Virus record (IMG/VR): IMGVR_UViG_3300036942_000180 | Coordinates: 1-64,000 of that record | Strand: one strand, 5' to 3' | From: a virus | Length of the DNA: 64,000 bases | Part shown: in pieces, positions 20,324-30,827 of the stretch | Position numbering within the stretch: the first letter of the stretch is position 1 | How the letters are laid out: each line of letters opens with the position of its first letter | Translations under genes and position numbers: made by a program | Notes under the pieces: generated by a model | The model's input: only the letters and a program-made list of their open reading frames with translations | The model's database searches: none | Told to the model about the DNA's origin: nothing

Positions 20324-20643
20324 TAATTATTCATCTCCTTTTCTTTTTGAATGAATGGATTCATATTATATATTACTGTTAGCTGGTAATTAAAACATAA
20401 AATATTAAATTCAAAATTAATGTAGCAATCAGTGAATTTAAAATTAACTCCAAACATCAAAGCTCTGATGATGTTAAAGTAAGATTGAATCCTATACATT
20501 CTAGTCTCTCCATTGTAAAATATCTCATAAGACTTATGATAAAAGCTATAGTGATAGCCAGGTGTTTCAATAAATAATTTTTCTACTAAAAAAGACAATA
20601 ACAAAAATATAAGTAATACTATACCAATATTCATAATGATCAC
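20323..20643 (-). CDS. Membrane-anchored hypothetical protein
   Basis: N-terminal hydrophobic helix. Confidence 0.6.
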   Translation of the reverse strand: MIIMNIGIVLLIFLLLSFLVEKLFIETPGYHYSFYHKSYEIFYNGETRMYRIQSYFNIIRALMFGVNFKFTDCYINFEFNILCFNYQLTVIYNMNPFIQKEKEMNN

Positions 20644-20849
20644 TCCTTTTAATTTTTCTCCCTTATCCCCTGCATAGGATAAGGGAGTTTTATATCAATT
20701 ATTTCAGTATTCTAGTCAGTAAACTTTCTTTACTGATTTCCTTCTTTATCTTTTCGAATTCTTCTTCAGTAATCTTAACTTGATCTATCTCACCAAAACA
20801 TCTCTGGGTGATGGTAACATACCCATCCATATTAGTTACTGCTAGGTCT

Positions 20850-21137
20850 TTATTTATTTTCCCCATTATCAGAACCACTCCTCTTTTCTTCATGAGCTTT
20901 AACCCATTGTTTAACTTCTTCTTCACTACCCCAACAATCCATAGGTATTTCATTATAAACATATCTAACAATATCTTCTAATGCATTTAAATTTTCTAAA
21001 TCTGCTCTTGAAAAAGCTTCTACTAATTTATTTTCAAGAACAGCAGTAAGAAAGTCACCAGGAATCATTCCATCTGTTACATATCTATTAATTGATCTAA
21101 TAGTTCTATCTGGAACACTCTTATAAGATTCTTTCAT
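20850..21137 (-). CDS. Conserved-looking phage hypothetical protein
   Basis: PGDFLTAVLEN..A..RAD..N...P..CWGS pattern; strong SD. Confidence 0.65.
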   Translation of the reverse strand: MKESYKSVPDRTIRSINRYVTDGMIPGDFLTAVLENKLVEAFSRADLENLNALEDIVRYVYNEIPMDCWGSEEEVKQWVKAHEEKRSGSDNGENK

Positions 21138-21200
21138 AATTAATCCTCCTATTATAATGCTTTAGAGGGGTCATAGATAATCCCTCTAAATATATTTTAT

Positions 21201-23234
21201 TTACAGATTTAATAATTCAATTAATTCATCTTCATCAATAATTGGTTTTTCAAGATTTCTAGCCTTTTTAGCTTTAGATGAACTAGAGTTTTTATTATTA
21301 GTAATTAAATAATCTACATTACTACTCATTCCAGAGACTACAGAATGTCCTTTCTGTTCTAATTCCTCCTTCAATGCTTTCCTATTAGACCAATTATTTA
21401 ATCCACCTGTAATACAGAACTTATAAGTTTCATTAGCAACATCAAGAGATTCTTTGAATGATTTAATATCTAAATGATAGTCTTTCAATGATATCAATAA
21501 ATCTCTATTAGTTTCTAAACCATGGATTAATTTATTCGCCATAATATCAGAGAATCCATGTATTTCTACTATTTTATCTTCTAACTTATTTTTGTCAAAT
21601 AAGTCCAGAATTTCCTCTAGTGTAAAGTGCTTTAGTAGCTCTTTGCTGTGAGTTTTACCCCAGTGAGAAATGTTCATTCCAGCTAATACTTCGTAATCCC
21701 AAGGTTCAGATCTTCTCTCTAGCCAGTCCTTGAGGTTCTCTGCTGTCTTCTCCCCTAGACCTTCGATATCTTTTATCTTGTCGTAATCCATAGTATAGAG
21801 ATCCTCTATTCCTTCTAATAGGTCGGCTTTGTATATTTTTTCTAATGTATTTTGTTTGAAGCCTTTAATATCTAAGTATCTAAGGTAGTTGACTATCTTT
21901 CCCACTTTTCCGTTCATGCAATCTGGATTATCGCAAAACACAAAAGTCTCATTATCATTCACATACAACTCTTCACCACAAACTGGACAGCATTGGATAA
22001 ATTCAAATGGTTCAACTTCTGGTTGGACTGAGTCATCCATCTTCTGTATATATGTGAGTACCTCGTTTCTGAGTTGTATTATCACCCTTGTGCCCTTACC
22101 AATGGGTTGCATATTTTGAAACCGTTTGTAATTAGAAATTGACTGATATTGATAGGTAGCTCCATTAAATTCTACAGGTTCGAAAGCTAGGGTGGGATTT
22201 ATACGATTGGTGACACCTTGCATATCAAAACGTATGCCAGTTATAGTTGATTCTTTTTCCAAATACGGAAATTTAAGAGCAATAGAATAATTAGGAATAT
22301 CATCATTCTTCCACCCTAATGAATGTCTATATGAATCTTCTAATATTTCTATAACTAGACCGTCAATCATATAATCCATTTCTGTCCTTTTTCTGCTATA
22401 ATCATTATACATCTCTTCTAATATTTCTAACATTTCATCTTTAGATTTGGAATTAATTCCTTCTATGATAGTAGCTGAATTAGAAAAGTTATTATCTGGA
22501 TAGATTTCTTCTATTAAATCTAACTCCTCTTCTCTAGTCAAATCTCTTTCTTTACTCTCTATACCAAGCGGGACTAAGGTGAAGTATTCATAGAAGTCAG
22601 CTGCATTATCGTCTCCTAACTTCCCTGCAACCAAACTTCTAGGATTAGCGTAATTTTTATCAGGGTTTTCTTCATTAATCTTATCGAAGTCTTCATAATC
22701 AATTATTACCTCATATCTAATACCAATATGTTCATTAGTATTAATAGTATGATCTTTAAATACATGAGTAAGATCCATTCCTTTTTGATCTCTTCCACGT
22801 GTGAGTGCTTGAACCACTTCTCCTCCATAAAACTCAATAGTAATAGAATTACCATCAAATTTCTCACTGACAACTATCGAAGGGTAAGCCGAACTTAATT
22901 TCTTATTAATCTTATCATACCACTCTTCGAATTCTTCTAAGGTATTCTTCTTTTCTAGAGTTCCTACAAGATTGAACTTGTGTTCTGACTCCACTATACC
23001 TTTATCTTTAGGTGGTTCTGCTCCCACAGGAAGTTTCTCATCCATGATTCCTTCCCATTTTTCTCTTAATTCATCATAAAGAGTATCTGTTATTATCTTA
23101 GTATTAGTATTATAGTATGCTTTATTAGCTTGGATTAAAAATTCTTTCATTTCATCATAAACTTCTTCATCCATTTCACCATTCTCATATTGTTCATTAA
23201 ACCCATCAATTAATTCTTTACTTGGATCTCTCAT
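21201..23234 (-). CDS. ligA: NAD-dependent DNA ligase
   Basis: YY..D..YD domain Ia, adenylation motif EKFDG, TRG, NPRS, DGLV, C4 Zn finger, HhH (IEGLGEK), BRCT (ITG..SSSKAKKA). Confidence 0.95.
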   Translation of the reverse strand: MRDPSKELIDGFNEQYENGEMDEEVYDEMKEFLIQANKAYYNTNTKIITDTLYDELREKWEGIMDEKLPVGAEPPKDKGIVESEHKFNLVGTLEKKNTLEEFEEWYDKINKKLSSAYPSIVVSEKFDGNSITIEFYGGEVVQALTRGRDQKGMDLTHVFKDHTINTNEHIGIRYEVIIDYEDFDKINEENPDKNYANPRSLVAGKLGDDNAADFYEYFTLVPLGIESKERDLTREEELDLIEEIYPDNNFSNSATIIEGINSKSKDEMLEILEEMYNDYSRKRTEMDYMIDGLVIEILEDSYRHSLGWKNDDIPNYSIALKFPYLEKESTITGIRFDMQGVTNRINPTLAFEPVEFNGATYQYQSISNYKRFQNMQPIGKGTRVIIQLRNEVLTYIQKMDDSVQPEVEPFEFIQCCPVCGEELYVNDNETFVFCDNPDCMNGKVGKIVNYLRYLDIKGFKQNTLEKIYKADLLEGIEDLYTMDYDKIKDIEGLGEKTAENLKDWLERRSEPWDYEVLAGMNISHWGKTHSKELLKHFTLEEILDLFDKNKLEDKIVEIHGFSDIMANKLIHGLETNRDLLISLKDYHLDIKSFKESLDVANETYKFCITGGLNNWSNRKALKEELEQKGHSVVSGMSSNVDYLITNNKNSSSSKAKKARNLEKPIIDEDELIELLNL

Positions 23235-23248
23235 TAATAATTCCTCCT

Positions 23249-23581
23249 TTATTTTTCTCTTAATTTACTTTCCATCTCAAATTTCTTAAGATCATTCTCA
23301 CTTAAATCTAGCTTTTTTATTATTTTTAAATATACTTCATATACAGCTAATAATGGTAGGTTTTTATATCTTTTATTAGCAAAATATAATCCACCTCTTG
23401 TATATAGGATTAATGTTTTTACATAATAACTATCTTCTATTAATATAGAATTTTCTAAAGAATAAATATATTTTTGATTAGTTTCTTGTTCCCCATGTTT
23501 TACTATAATACTTGATATAATATGTTTTATTTTTTCTCTGTCCTTATTATAATCCGTTAAATTAGAATATACTTTTTCCAT
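23249..23581 (-). CDS. Hypothetical protein with C-terminal tag
   Basis: LKKFEMESKLREK. Confidence 0.7.
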   Translation of the reverse strand: MEKVYSNLTDYNKDREKIKHIISSIIVKHGEQETNQKYIYSLENSILIEDSYYVKTLILYTRGGLYFANKRYKNLPLLAVYEVYLKIIKKLDLSENDLKKFEMESKLREK

Positions 23582-23620
23582 TTTTTCAATTGAATGACTT
23601 TTAATAATAATTCCTCCTTT

Positions 23621-23818
23621 TTAATGAACTTCCATATTCATTTCTTTAAATTTGAAATATAAATTTACCCACTCGTCAAAGTCTTTCTTATGGACAGTCA
23701 CTAAGTCAGATATTCCTTTAGAATAATAGTATATTACCTCTCCAGTAGGCATATCATATTTATCTTCAAACTCATCCATCTTATCTAAAACTTCATCAAA
23801 ATCTTCTAGTGTTGGCAT
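23621..23818 (-). CDS. Small antitoxin-like protein (FExKY..EW family)
   Basis: FEDKYDMPT...Y.KG...DFDEW; paralog at 23969. Confidence 0.5.
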   Translation of the reverse strand: MPTLEDFDEVLDKMDEFEDKYDMPTGEVIYYYSKGISDLVTVHKKDFDEWVNLYFKFKEMNMEVH

Positions 23819-23968
23819 GATTCCATCTCCTTACTTAGAGGTTAACAAAAACATATCCGATGAACCCGATTAATATCGGTCCATATCCTACATATTGAGC
23901 TATAATATTTAGGAATAAAACTATTATCGCAAAAGCAATTATTTTATTGATATCCATTTTATCTACCC

Positions 23969-24157
23969 CTAACTAAGATTTAATCTGTTCATATTGTAAG
24001 CGATATAATCGTGGATCCATTCCATAATTATTTGCTTAGGGATATTAAAATCATCTAAATCCTTTTTCCCATAGGCATTGAAAACTTGAGAACTTGTATA
24101 ACCATACTGAATTTCAAAACTCTCCAATTTCTCTTTAAGATTAATAGTTTTTGGCAT
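23969..24157 (-). CDS. Small antitoxin-like protein, paralog of 23621
   Basis: LESFEIQYGYTSSQV...MEW. Confidence 0.5.
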   Translation of the reverse strand: MPKTINLKEKLESFEIQYGYTSSQVFNAYGKKDLDDFNIPKQIIMEWIHDYIAYNMNRLNLS

Positions 24158-24250
24158 ATTATTCCTCCTAATTTATTTTAGGTTCATAGAAATTTTATAT
24201 AGAAAGAAAGCTATTAACTTCCTTCCTATATTCACTTTAATAATATATAC

Positions 24251-24508
24251 TTAATAATTCTCTAAAAGCGTATCCATAAGTATACCAGCTTCGTCATCTG
24301 AAAGGGTTATTCCTTTACCAGGTCTCTCAGGCTCTTTTTCATCTCTGTTATCCCAATCTTCATGTTTCCAAGATCTAATATCAAAAGCAGGATCAGAACT
24401 AGTTCCCCACTTTACTAGTGATATCATTTTACCCCATCCTTTACCACTCTTAGGTTTTGATAGAACCGCTAAAACTTCAATTATTTCATAATTATATTTT
24501 TTTCCCAT
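24251..24508 (-). CDS. YdbC/PC4-like ssDNA-binding protein
   Basis: YEIIEVLAVLS..GW.K..LVKW....DIRSW...GKGITLS. Confidence 0.85.
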   Translation of the reverse strand: MGKKYNYEIIEVLAVLSKPKSGKGWGKMISLVKWGTSSDPAFDIRSWKHEDWDNRDEKEPERPGKGITLSDDEAGILMDTLLENY

Positions 24509-24528
24509 TAGTTATTCCTCTCCTTTTA

Positions 24529-25932
24529 TTAAATTAATAAATAATTATTTTTTTCATTAAAATATTGATTTTCAGATGATACTTTTAGTTTATTAATATT
24601 ATTATCAATTAAAAGTTTTTTCAGTATTATATTTATTTTTTCTCTAGACCAATAAGGTATTCTAATTAATTTTACATTTTTTATTTTTGATTTTCTGTTT
24701 TTAATACTATCTCTTTTTCTTCTTATTTTGAATTTTTCAATTCCGCCAAAATATTCAATTGGTTTAAAATGTTGAATACCATCATATTCTATAAAGATAT
24801 TTTTATTATAAAGATAAAAATCAAATATTAATTTATTTTTATATTTATATTCTTTAGAACTATAATAACTTTCAAATTTAATATTATGATTTGATAAAAA
24901 ATCACTAATAATTCCTTCACCTTTTGAAGCGTTACATTGTGGGCATCTGTACCCTGATAAAAAATTATTAGGAGATACTTTATACTTATTATAATTACAT
25001 TCTAAAGAATTGTGTTTAATTAGAATTTTACTACCAGAATTTTTATATTCTCCTAATACTTGATATTCATCTCCAACTAATTCATAAACTTCTTTTTTAA
25101 ACTCTTCTGTAGTTTTTCTTATATTACCGTAACAATCAGGACATCGTTGATTAGATGTTAAAAAATTATTTGGTCTGGCTTTCCATTCATGTCCACATTT
25201 ATTATGCTTCATTAATATTTTCTTACCATTTTTTCCTGATCCATTATTTTCATATTTTCCAAGTACAGTATATTCATCTCCAACTAATTCATGAACTTCT
25301 TTTTTAAACTCTTCTGTAGTTTTTCTTATATTACCGTAACAGATAGGACACCTATTACCTGATAAAAAATCATTTGCTCTTATTTTTATATTTTCTCCAC
25401 ATTTATTATGTTTCATTAATATTTTCTTACCATTTTTTCCTGATCCATTATTTATATACTCTCCTAATACTTGATATTCATCTCCAACTAATTCATAAAC
25501 TTCTTTTTTAAACTCTTCTGTAGTTTTCTTTTTATGTCCGTGGGAACAATAAGGACATTTTGTTCCACTTAAAAAATTATGGGGAGTTCTAGGAAATATT
25601 TTACCACATTTATTATGTTTAAATTTTATTTTTTCATCATTACCATTATATTTTTCTAATATTTTATATTCATTAGCATAAGATAGTTTTTTAATTTGTT
25701 TTAAAAAAGTTTTATGTGTCTTTTTATTTTCATAATTAATATTATACTGCTCTATTCTTCTTGTTATAGTAGTTTCCCCACAATTAAAATATTCAGAACA
25801 TTCTTTTTTATTCATTGAAAACCTTTCAATTAATTCTTTAAGTTTTTTACCATTATCTTTATCAATATCTTTATAACTTCTTTTTTTATTAAATTCTTTT
25901 TTGTTAATTTCATAATTATAATCTTTTCCCAT
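24529..25932 (-). mobile_element. Free-standing homing endonuclease (HTH + repeated Zn ribbons + Vsr-like nuclease)
   Basis: Four KHxxC...CPxC modules; SKGE, FDFY, IEYDGIQH, LIRIPYW. Confidence 0.8.
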
Positions 25933-25934
25933 TA

Positions 25935-26432
25935 TTAATCATCTCCTTTAAATATAAATTTATTATAATACTTTTTCTTAGCACTAAATGTATCAAAACT
26001 ATCAAACTCATTATCTCTTATATCTCCAATTTCTTCCCTGTACTTTTCCTTTTCTTCATTGTTAAGTATACCTAACTCTTCCAACATTAATAATTTGAAC
26101 TTTTCGTATTCATGATCTTTTTCAGTTTTAAAATAACTCCCATTGTTCTCTTTATTATCTGAAGCTACCTCATATATAGTTATTAAATGAACTAAAAATC
26201 CTAATCCTAAAGTAATGCTTAAAGTAAATATTTCACTTATTGCTATTTTTTCATAAAATATAATACTTGGAAGAGTTATTATGCTTAAAACTATTATTAG
26301 CCACCTACTCATTCCTATTTCTCTTTTAAATATATTAACTTTAAAAATCTTAAATAACACTATCGGAATTACTATAAAAGAAATATTAAGTATAGTACCT
26401 ATGAATTTAAGAATTTTCATCACTTCCTTCAA
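25935..26432 (-). CDS. Membrane protein (LEELG family)
   Basis: Three hydrophobic segments; LEELGI shared with neighbour. Confidence 0.65.
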   Translation of the reverse strand: MKEVMKILKFIGTILNISFIVIPIVLFKIFKVNIFKREIGMSRWLIIVLSIITLPSIIFYEKIAISEIFTLSITLGLGFLVHLITIYEVASDNKENNGSYFKTEKDHEYEKFKLLMLEELGILNNEEKEKYREEIGDIRDNEFDSFDTFSAKKKYYNKFIFKGDD

Positions 26433-26907
26433 ATTCTTCTTTTAAAGCATTTATAATAAATGGCTTAGTATAACATCCATAATGATGTACTATTTCTTTT
26501 CGTTGAATTAATTCATTTAATTCTTCTAGCTCATTACTATTTATTAAACCTAATTCTTCTAAAGATGCTAAATTATATGCTTTCTTTCTAATACTCTTTC
26601 TATTACTATTTTTATTAAACAATATTTCCATAGTAGTATTTTTTAGTTCTTCTAATCCATCAAATAAATCTAAATCTATTAAATTCCAAATAATGACGCT
26701 GAATATGGTACTATAAATTGTGATTAGACTACTAGTTAATAATGAACCACTTATTTCTGAAACATATACAACTCCAATAAAGAGTATTGTTCCAAATATT
26801 AATGAGGTTCTAAATACTATTGAATTGAAATTAATTCTTACGTTCCCCAGAAGGGCTATACACCATACAACTGTCATTATAGCTATTATAAGAGGTATTT
26901 CTATCAT
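26407..26907 (-). CDS. Membrane protein (LEELG family)
   Basis: Three hydrophobic segments; LEELGL. Confidence 0.65.
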   Translation of the reverse strand: MIEIPLIIAIMTVVWCIALLGNVRINFNSIVFRTSLIFGTILFIGVVYVSEISGSLLTSSLITIYSTIFSVIIWNLIDLDLFDGLEELKNTTMEILFNKNSNRKSIRKKAYNLASLEELGLINSNELEELNELIQRKEIVHHYGCYTKPFIINALKEEFEGSDENS

Positions 26908-27848
26908 TATAACACTCCTTTCTTTAACTTTCTTTCCATTCTTATTTTTTGAACTTTAGGTTTGTGTTTGGTACTTAATAAAAAATTTTCTAATTCCTTT
27001 ACTGTATTGGGTATGTGTTTTTCTTTTATAGCGTTATATCCAAATCCACCACTTAAATTTTCAGTATTATAAATAGCAAAAGGTTTTTTAATATTCTTCC
27101 ATTTCATTATTCCACCTTTATTCTCTTTATCTTCTATTAATAATCTAATAAAGTAATCTCCTTTAAAAGAATGAGGAAGTTTAGTCGACAATTCAAAACT
27201 TTCTAATTCAGTGAGTATAAAAACTTCCTTATCACTTAAAATATCATAATTTCTAATAGGTAAATATAAAACAGAATATTTTTCTCCTTCTAATACTTGA
27301 TTTTTTTCTGCTTGGGTTTCTTCCATTAAATCAGCTACATAAAAATCTTCATTAGTCTTTAGTTTATTTATTAACCCATCAACTTCTTTTTCTTCATAAA
27401 TAAACTTTGTATTATATTCGTTTCTAACAACTGGTCTAACTATCTTATAATCATTATAAGACCAGGGAGATTTTAATTGTCCTTCTTCATCGAACTTTAT
27501 CTTTCCATCTATTTTCTTACCGTTCCAAAATAGTATATTACTTTCTATGATGAATTCACGATCATTTACTATATTTATTTCTAATCTATTAGTTTCTATG
27601 TTACCAGCGTATACATGGGCATCTTCTTTTAGAAACGGTCCATTCTTAGCTCTTTCACTCCCTAAATGTAAGATATTCAGATATGTTAAATAATTCTTAT
27701 AGACTATATCAGTGAAATTATCATAATTTATTTCTGTTTTAAACCAATTCATCTCGGGTATTATGAATCTATTAGCTTTTTCTAATTCTAAATTAGTCAA
27801 TCTTTGAACTTCTTTGTCGTATGGTTCATAGGCTTGATTTAATTTCAA
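26907..27848 (-). CDS. Hypothetical protein with C-terminal tag
   Basis: VQKIRMERKLKK. Confidence 0.7.
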   Translation of the reverse strand: MKLNQAYEPYDKEVQRLTNLELEKANRFIIPEMNWFKTEINYDNFTDIVYKNYLTYLNILHLGSERAKNGPFLKEDAHVYAGNIETNRLEINIVNDREFIIESNILFWNGKKIDGKIKFDEEGQLKSPWSYNDYKIVRPVVRNEYNTKFIYEEKEVDGLINKLKTNEDFYVADLMEETQAEKNQVLEGEKYSVLYLPIRNYDILSDKEVFILTELESFELSTKLPHSFKGDYFIRLLIEDKENKGGIMKWKNIKKPFAIYNTENLSGGFGYNAIKEKHIPNTVKELENFLLSTKHKPKVQKIRMERKLKKGVL

Positions 27849-28454
27849 CTAATCTTCACCTTCTTTCTTTTGCATTTTTAATAAGAATGATAGGATCACT
27901 TTAAAATCGTCAAAGTCACCTTCCGATATTGTGTATCCTTTGTCTAAAAATTTTTGGTATCTTTTTATTATATTTTCTACGTTTGATATTATGATCATTC
28001 CAGTATTAGGAATTAATTCTTTTCTTATTATAGCTTTTACTACATCGTAGTTAGGTGAAATCTTAATATCATCTTTCTTGAAATCATAGTAAATCATATT
28101 GATAGTGAAATCAAAACTTTCTATTATATGTTTTTTATCAGAAAGCGGTAAATAAATCACGTCTATGTCATAGTCCTGATATGTGTACTTTACAACCTCC
28201 ATATTTTCATTATTCTCAGAAAGAAACTTTTTTCCTGCTTTAAAATCAAAATTTTCTAAAAAATTAGTTAAATTTTTGAAATTAGTTCTATTATATAAAA
28301 ATATATCGATATCTTTAGGATCTTCATCTAAAACTAAGTCTCTTATGAAACCTCCTGCAATTATACAATCATATTTTTTAAATAAATTAATAACTTCATC
28401 GCTGAATATGTCTTTTATTTCCTCCCTAATATTATTAAATTTCAATAATTTCAC
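27849..28454 (-). CDS. Nucleotidyltransferase (CCA-adding/poly(A) polymerase head-like)
   Basis: AGGFIRD...KDIDIF, DFTIN. Confidence 0.85.
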   Translation of the reverse strand: MKLLKFNNIREEIKDIFSDEVINLFKKYDCIIAGGFIRDLVLDEDPKDIDIFLYNRTNFKNLTNFLENFDFKAGKKFLSENNENMEVVKYTYQDYDIDVIYLPLSDKKHIIESFDFTINMIYYDFKKDDIKISPNYDVVKAIIRKELIPNTGMIIISNVENIIKRYQKFLDKGYTISEGDFDDFKVILSFLLKMQKKEGED

Positions 28455-28545
28455 CTGCCTTTCTTTTATTCATTAATATAATATATATTTATAATCAAAG
28501 AAAAAAAAAACAACCTTATTATAAACTAATAAGGTTGCATTAGTA

Positions 28546-28761
28546 CTACTCTAATTCTTCCTCATCAATAATAGCAGTATACTCGAAATATCCAGTTTCA
28601 TCATTGACAGGTATAGCTCTATCATTATCATCACATCTAGGGCATATTCCTTTATCTGCTTTTAATAATTCTAATGCCTCTTCCTGATCTATTAAGAACT
28701 TAGTTCCACATTCAGGATGTTCCATTATAACCATATCTAATTCTTCTTCATTATTTTTCAT
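28546..28761 (-). CDS. Small Zn-ribbon protein
   Basis: HPEC...CPRC. Confidence 0.6.
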   Translation of the reverse strand: MKNNEEELDMVIMEHPECGTKFLIDQEEALELLKADKGICPRCDDNDRAIPVNDETGYFEYTAIIDEEELE

Positions 28762-28779
28762 ATTAATTTTACACCTCCT

Positions 28780-29220
28780 TTAAAATATATAAGTAACTGA
28801 TATATAAATGGTATATATGAACAGAATCAAGTTATCAAAGAAAGTATGGAAACTTATTCTTTTACTCATTATTTTCTTATATTCAGTGAATATATCTGAT
28901 ATTTCTTTCATTTCCTTCATCTTTTTAGATCTATCACTCTTTCTGAAATAGTAACTAAAAAATAGTAAGATCACAAACAATGAAGGATATTTTAATACAT
29001 CTTCTTTGAATAGAATTACAGTAGATATTGCTATAACAAAGAAGTGTTCTACTAATGAAAGAATAGAAGATATAGCAACAAGTTTAAATCTTTTTGTTTC
29101 CTTTTCATCTTCATCTTTGATTTCTTTAAATTTCTTATTGAAATATAATTTAGCGATACTCTGATTCATCATCCCCATCAACCCACTAAAACCTAAAAAT
29201 GCTATTGCGAAGTATCTCAT
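28780..29220 (-). CDS. Membrane protein
   Basis: About four hydrophobic segments. Confidence 0.65.
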   Translation of the reverse strand: MRYFAIAFLGFSGLMGMMNQSIAKLYFNKKFKEIKDEDEKETKRFKLVAISSILSLVEHFFVIAISTVILFKEDVLKYPSLFVILLFFSYYFRKSDRSKKMKEMKEISDIFTEYKKIMSKRISFHTFFDNLILFIYTIYISVTYIF

Positions 29221-29223
29221 TAT

Positions 29224-29655
29224 TTATTTTCCTCCTAGTTTGAATTCTAACTGTTTCTTCTTCATCAATCTTATGATCGATTGGTAGTCCCTGTTCCACT
29301 TATTTACAATGTAATCTCTAGTTGCTATATAGAGGTAGTGTCTTCTTATTTTCATTTCACCTTTCTCCATTGCCATGTTTAACCCGAAATCCCTCTCGAA
29401 AAAGAAAGTGATGTAATCATCCTTAAAGTTCAGCCATTCTCTTTCTTCATAGCATTTGGGGTCTCTGATCATCTTCTTGAATTCTAAATTCTCTTCATTC
29501 TCTATCAATCTTAATAAGTAAGTATCGTCTATTAGAATCCCATGGTCTTCTGTTAGTAATTCATATCCTTCCTCTAATTCTTCTTCATTATCTTTTATCT
29601 TAGGAATGAGATAAGAAAGAGCCTTCTTAACTTGATCTTTATGATTATCCATCAA
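29224..29655 (-). CDS. Hypothetical protein with C-terminal tag
   Basis: MKKKQLEFKLGGK. Confidence 0.7.
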   Translation of the reverse strand: MMDNHKDQVKKALSYLIPKIKDNEEELEEGYELLTEDHGILIDDTYLLRLIENEENLEFKKMIRDPKCYEEREWLNFKDDYITFFFERDFGLNMAMEKGEMKIRRHYLYIATRDYIVNKWNRDYQSIIRLMKKKQLEFKLGGK

Positions 29656-29656
29656 A

Positions 29657-30250
29657 TCAATCCTTTCCTAACCTTTCTTCCATTCTAATTTTCTTTCTTT
29701 GGTTTTTTCTATCTTTAAAGAACTCTTGGGTTTCTTCAGAGAATTCAGATATATCAAAATTATTATTTCTTTTAAATCTTAATATATCGTATCTTTTATT
29801 AGATGATACAAAATTATTATAACTAATTTTAGGATTAGTCCTTATTATAAACTTATCTAAAAATGATTTTTCTTTAAAGTGATAACATTTCTTAGTACAT
29901 ATTTTAACTTTTTTATGACATAAAAATTGATAGGATTCATCATCAGGAAATTTATTATGAATAGGATGATATCTATAACAAGTATTATATCGACAATTAG
30001 TTACACTTTTATCTAATAAGTAATCATAGATTTCTTCACTTATATCATTATAATCTATTTTAGAGGTTTTATAATCCCAATGAAGATGTTCAAGATTTTT
30101 ATTTCTTATTTGGTTAGTAGTTCCTCCAATTCTCATTTTACCATTTTGTAATTCTTCTTCTATTGTTTGAGAGAATTCAATAATAAATACAATACCTATA
30201 ACTAAAGGACGTAATAACAGATAAAATATAACTCTTAACCATTCAGGCAT
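29657..30250 (-). CDS. Membrane-anchored Cys-cluster protein with C-terminal tag
   Basis: YDYL..C..N.C...C..K..CT.KC shared with 30828; RKKIRMEERL. Confidence 0.7.
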   Translation of the reverse strand: MPEWLRVIFYLLLRPLVIGIVFIIEFSQTIEEELQNGKMRIGGTTNQIRNKNLEHLHWDYKTSKIDYNDISEEIYDYLLDKSVTNCRYNTCYRYHPIHNKFPDDESYQFLCHKKVKICTKKCYHFKEKSFLDKFIIRTNPKISYNNFVSSNKRYDILRFKRNNNFDISEFSEETQEFFKDRKNQRKKIRMEERLGKD

Positions 30251-30798
30251 TATATTTCACCTATCTTTTTATATTTGAAGTCTTTTGGTTGGTTCATAGA
30301 AATTTCCATTACCATTCTTTTTAATCTATTGCTTTGATATTCATCTTTATATCGGACGATCGGTATCACAGTCAATGGGAATTCAGTTAACCTAAGTATC
30401 AAATCATGGCTAAATACATCAGATATTTTATCTGTATCTTCCAATGAAAAATATTCTCCAGAGCCTTCTCCCATTCTCAAGCCAGAATTCAAGTACTTAA
30501 ACATCAACAGAAATTCGTTCTTGTAATTGATTAAAACTAAAAATTCTTCTTTGAATATGTCACTGACTATCGATCTTATGGTTTTTGGATCAGAATGTTG
30601 TTTATTATAATATTCTAGTTCTTTTTCAATGATGTTTAGGTAAGAATTCAATCTTGAACTGTTATTCTCCTCGAGGATTATGATCTTACCACTATAGTTC
30701 CTTAGTGATTTTTCTTTATCAATGTAATTATTAATTAATTCTTCTATATCTTCGCTAGGAAATTTCACTTTGTTAATATAATCTTCATTTTTTTCCAA
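30250..30798 (-). CDS. Hypothetical protein with near-C-terminal tag
   Basis: LKRMVMEISM. Confidence 0.65.
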   Translation of the reverse strand: MEKNEDYINKVKFPSEDIEELINNYIDKEKSLRNYSGKIIILEENNSSRLNSYLNIIEKELEYYNKQHSDPKTIRSIVSDIFKEEFLVLINYKNEFLLMFKYLNSGLRMGEGSGEYFSLEDTDKISDVFSHDLILRLTEFPLTVIPIVRYKDEYQSNRLKRMVMEISMNQPKDFKYKKIGEI

Positions 30799-30827
30799 TA
30801 GATTCTTGCTGATCGTTATGATTTAAA

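Noticed and set aside
20699-20971. 90-aa ORF as called
   Set aside because: 5' half overlaps 20850..21137 out of frame; the real start is probably MGKINK near 20866
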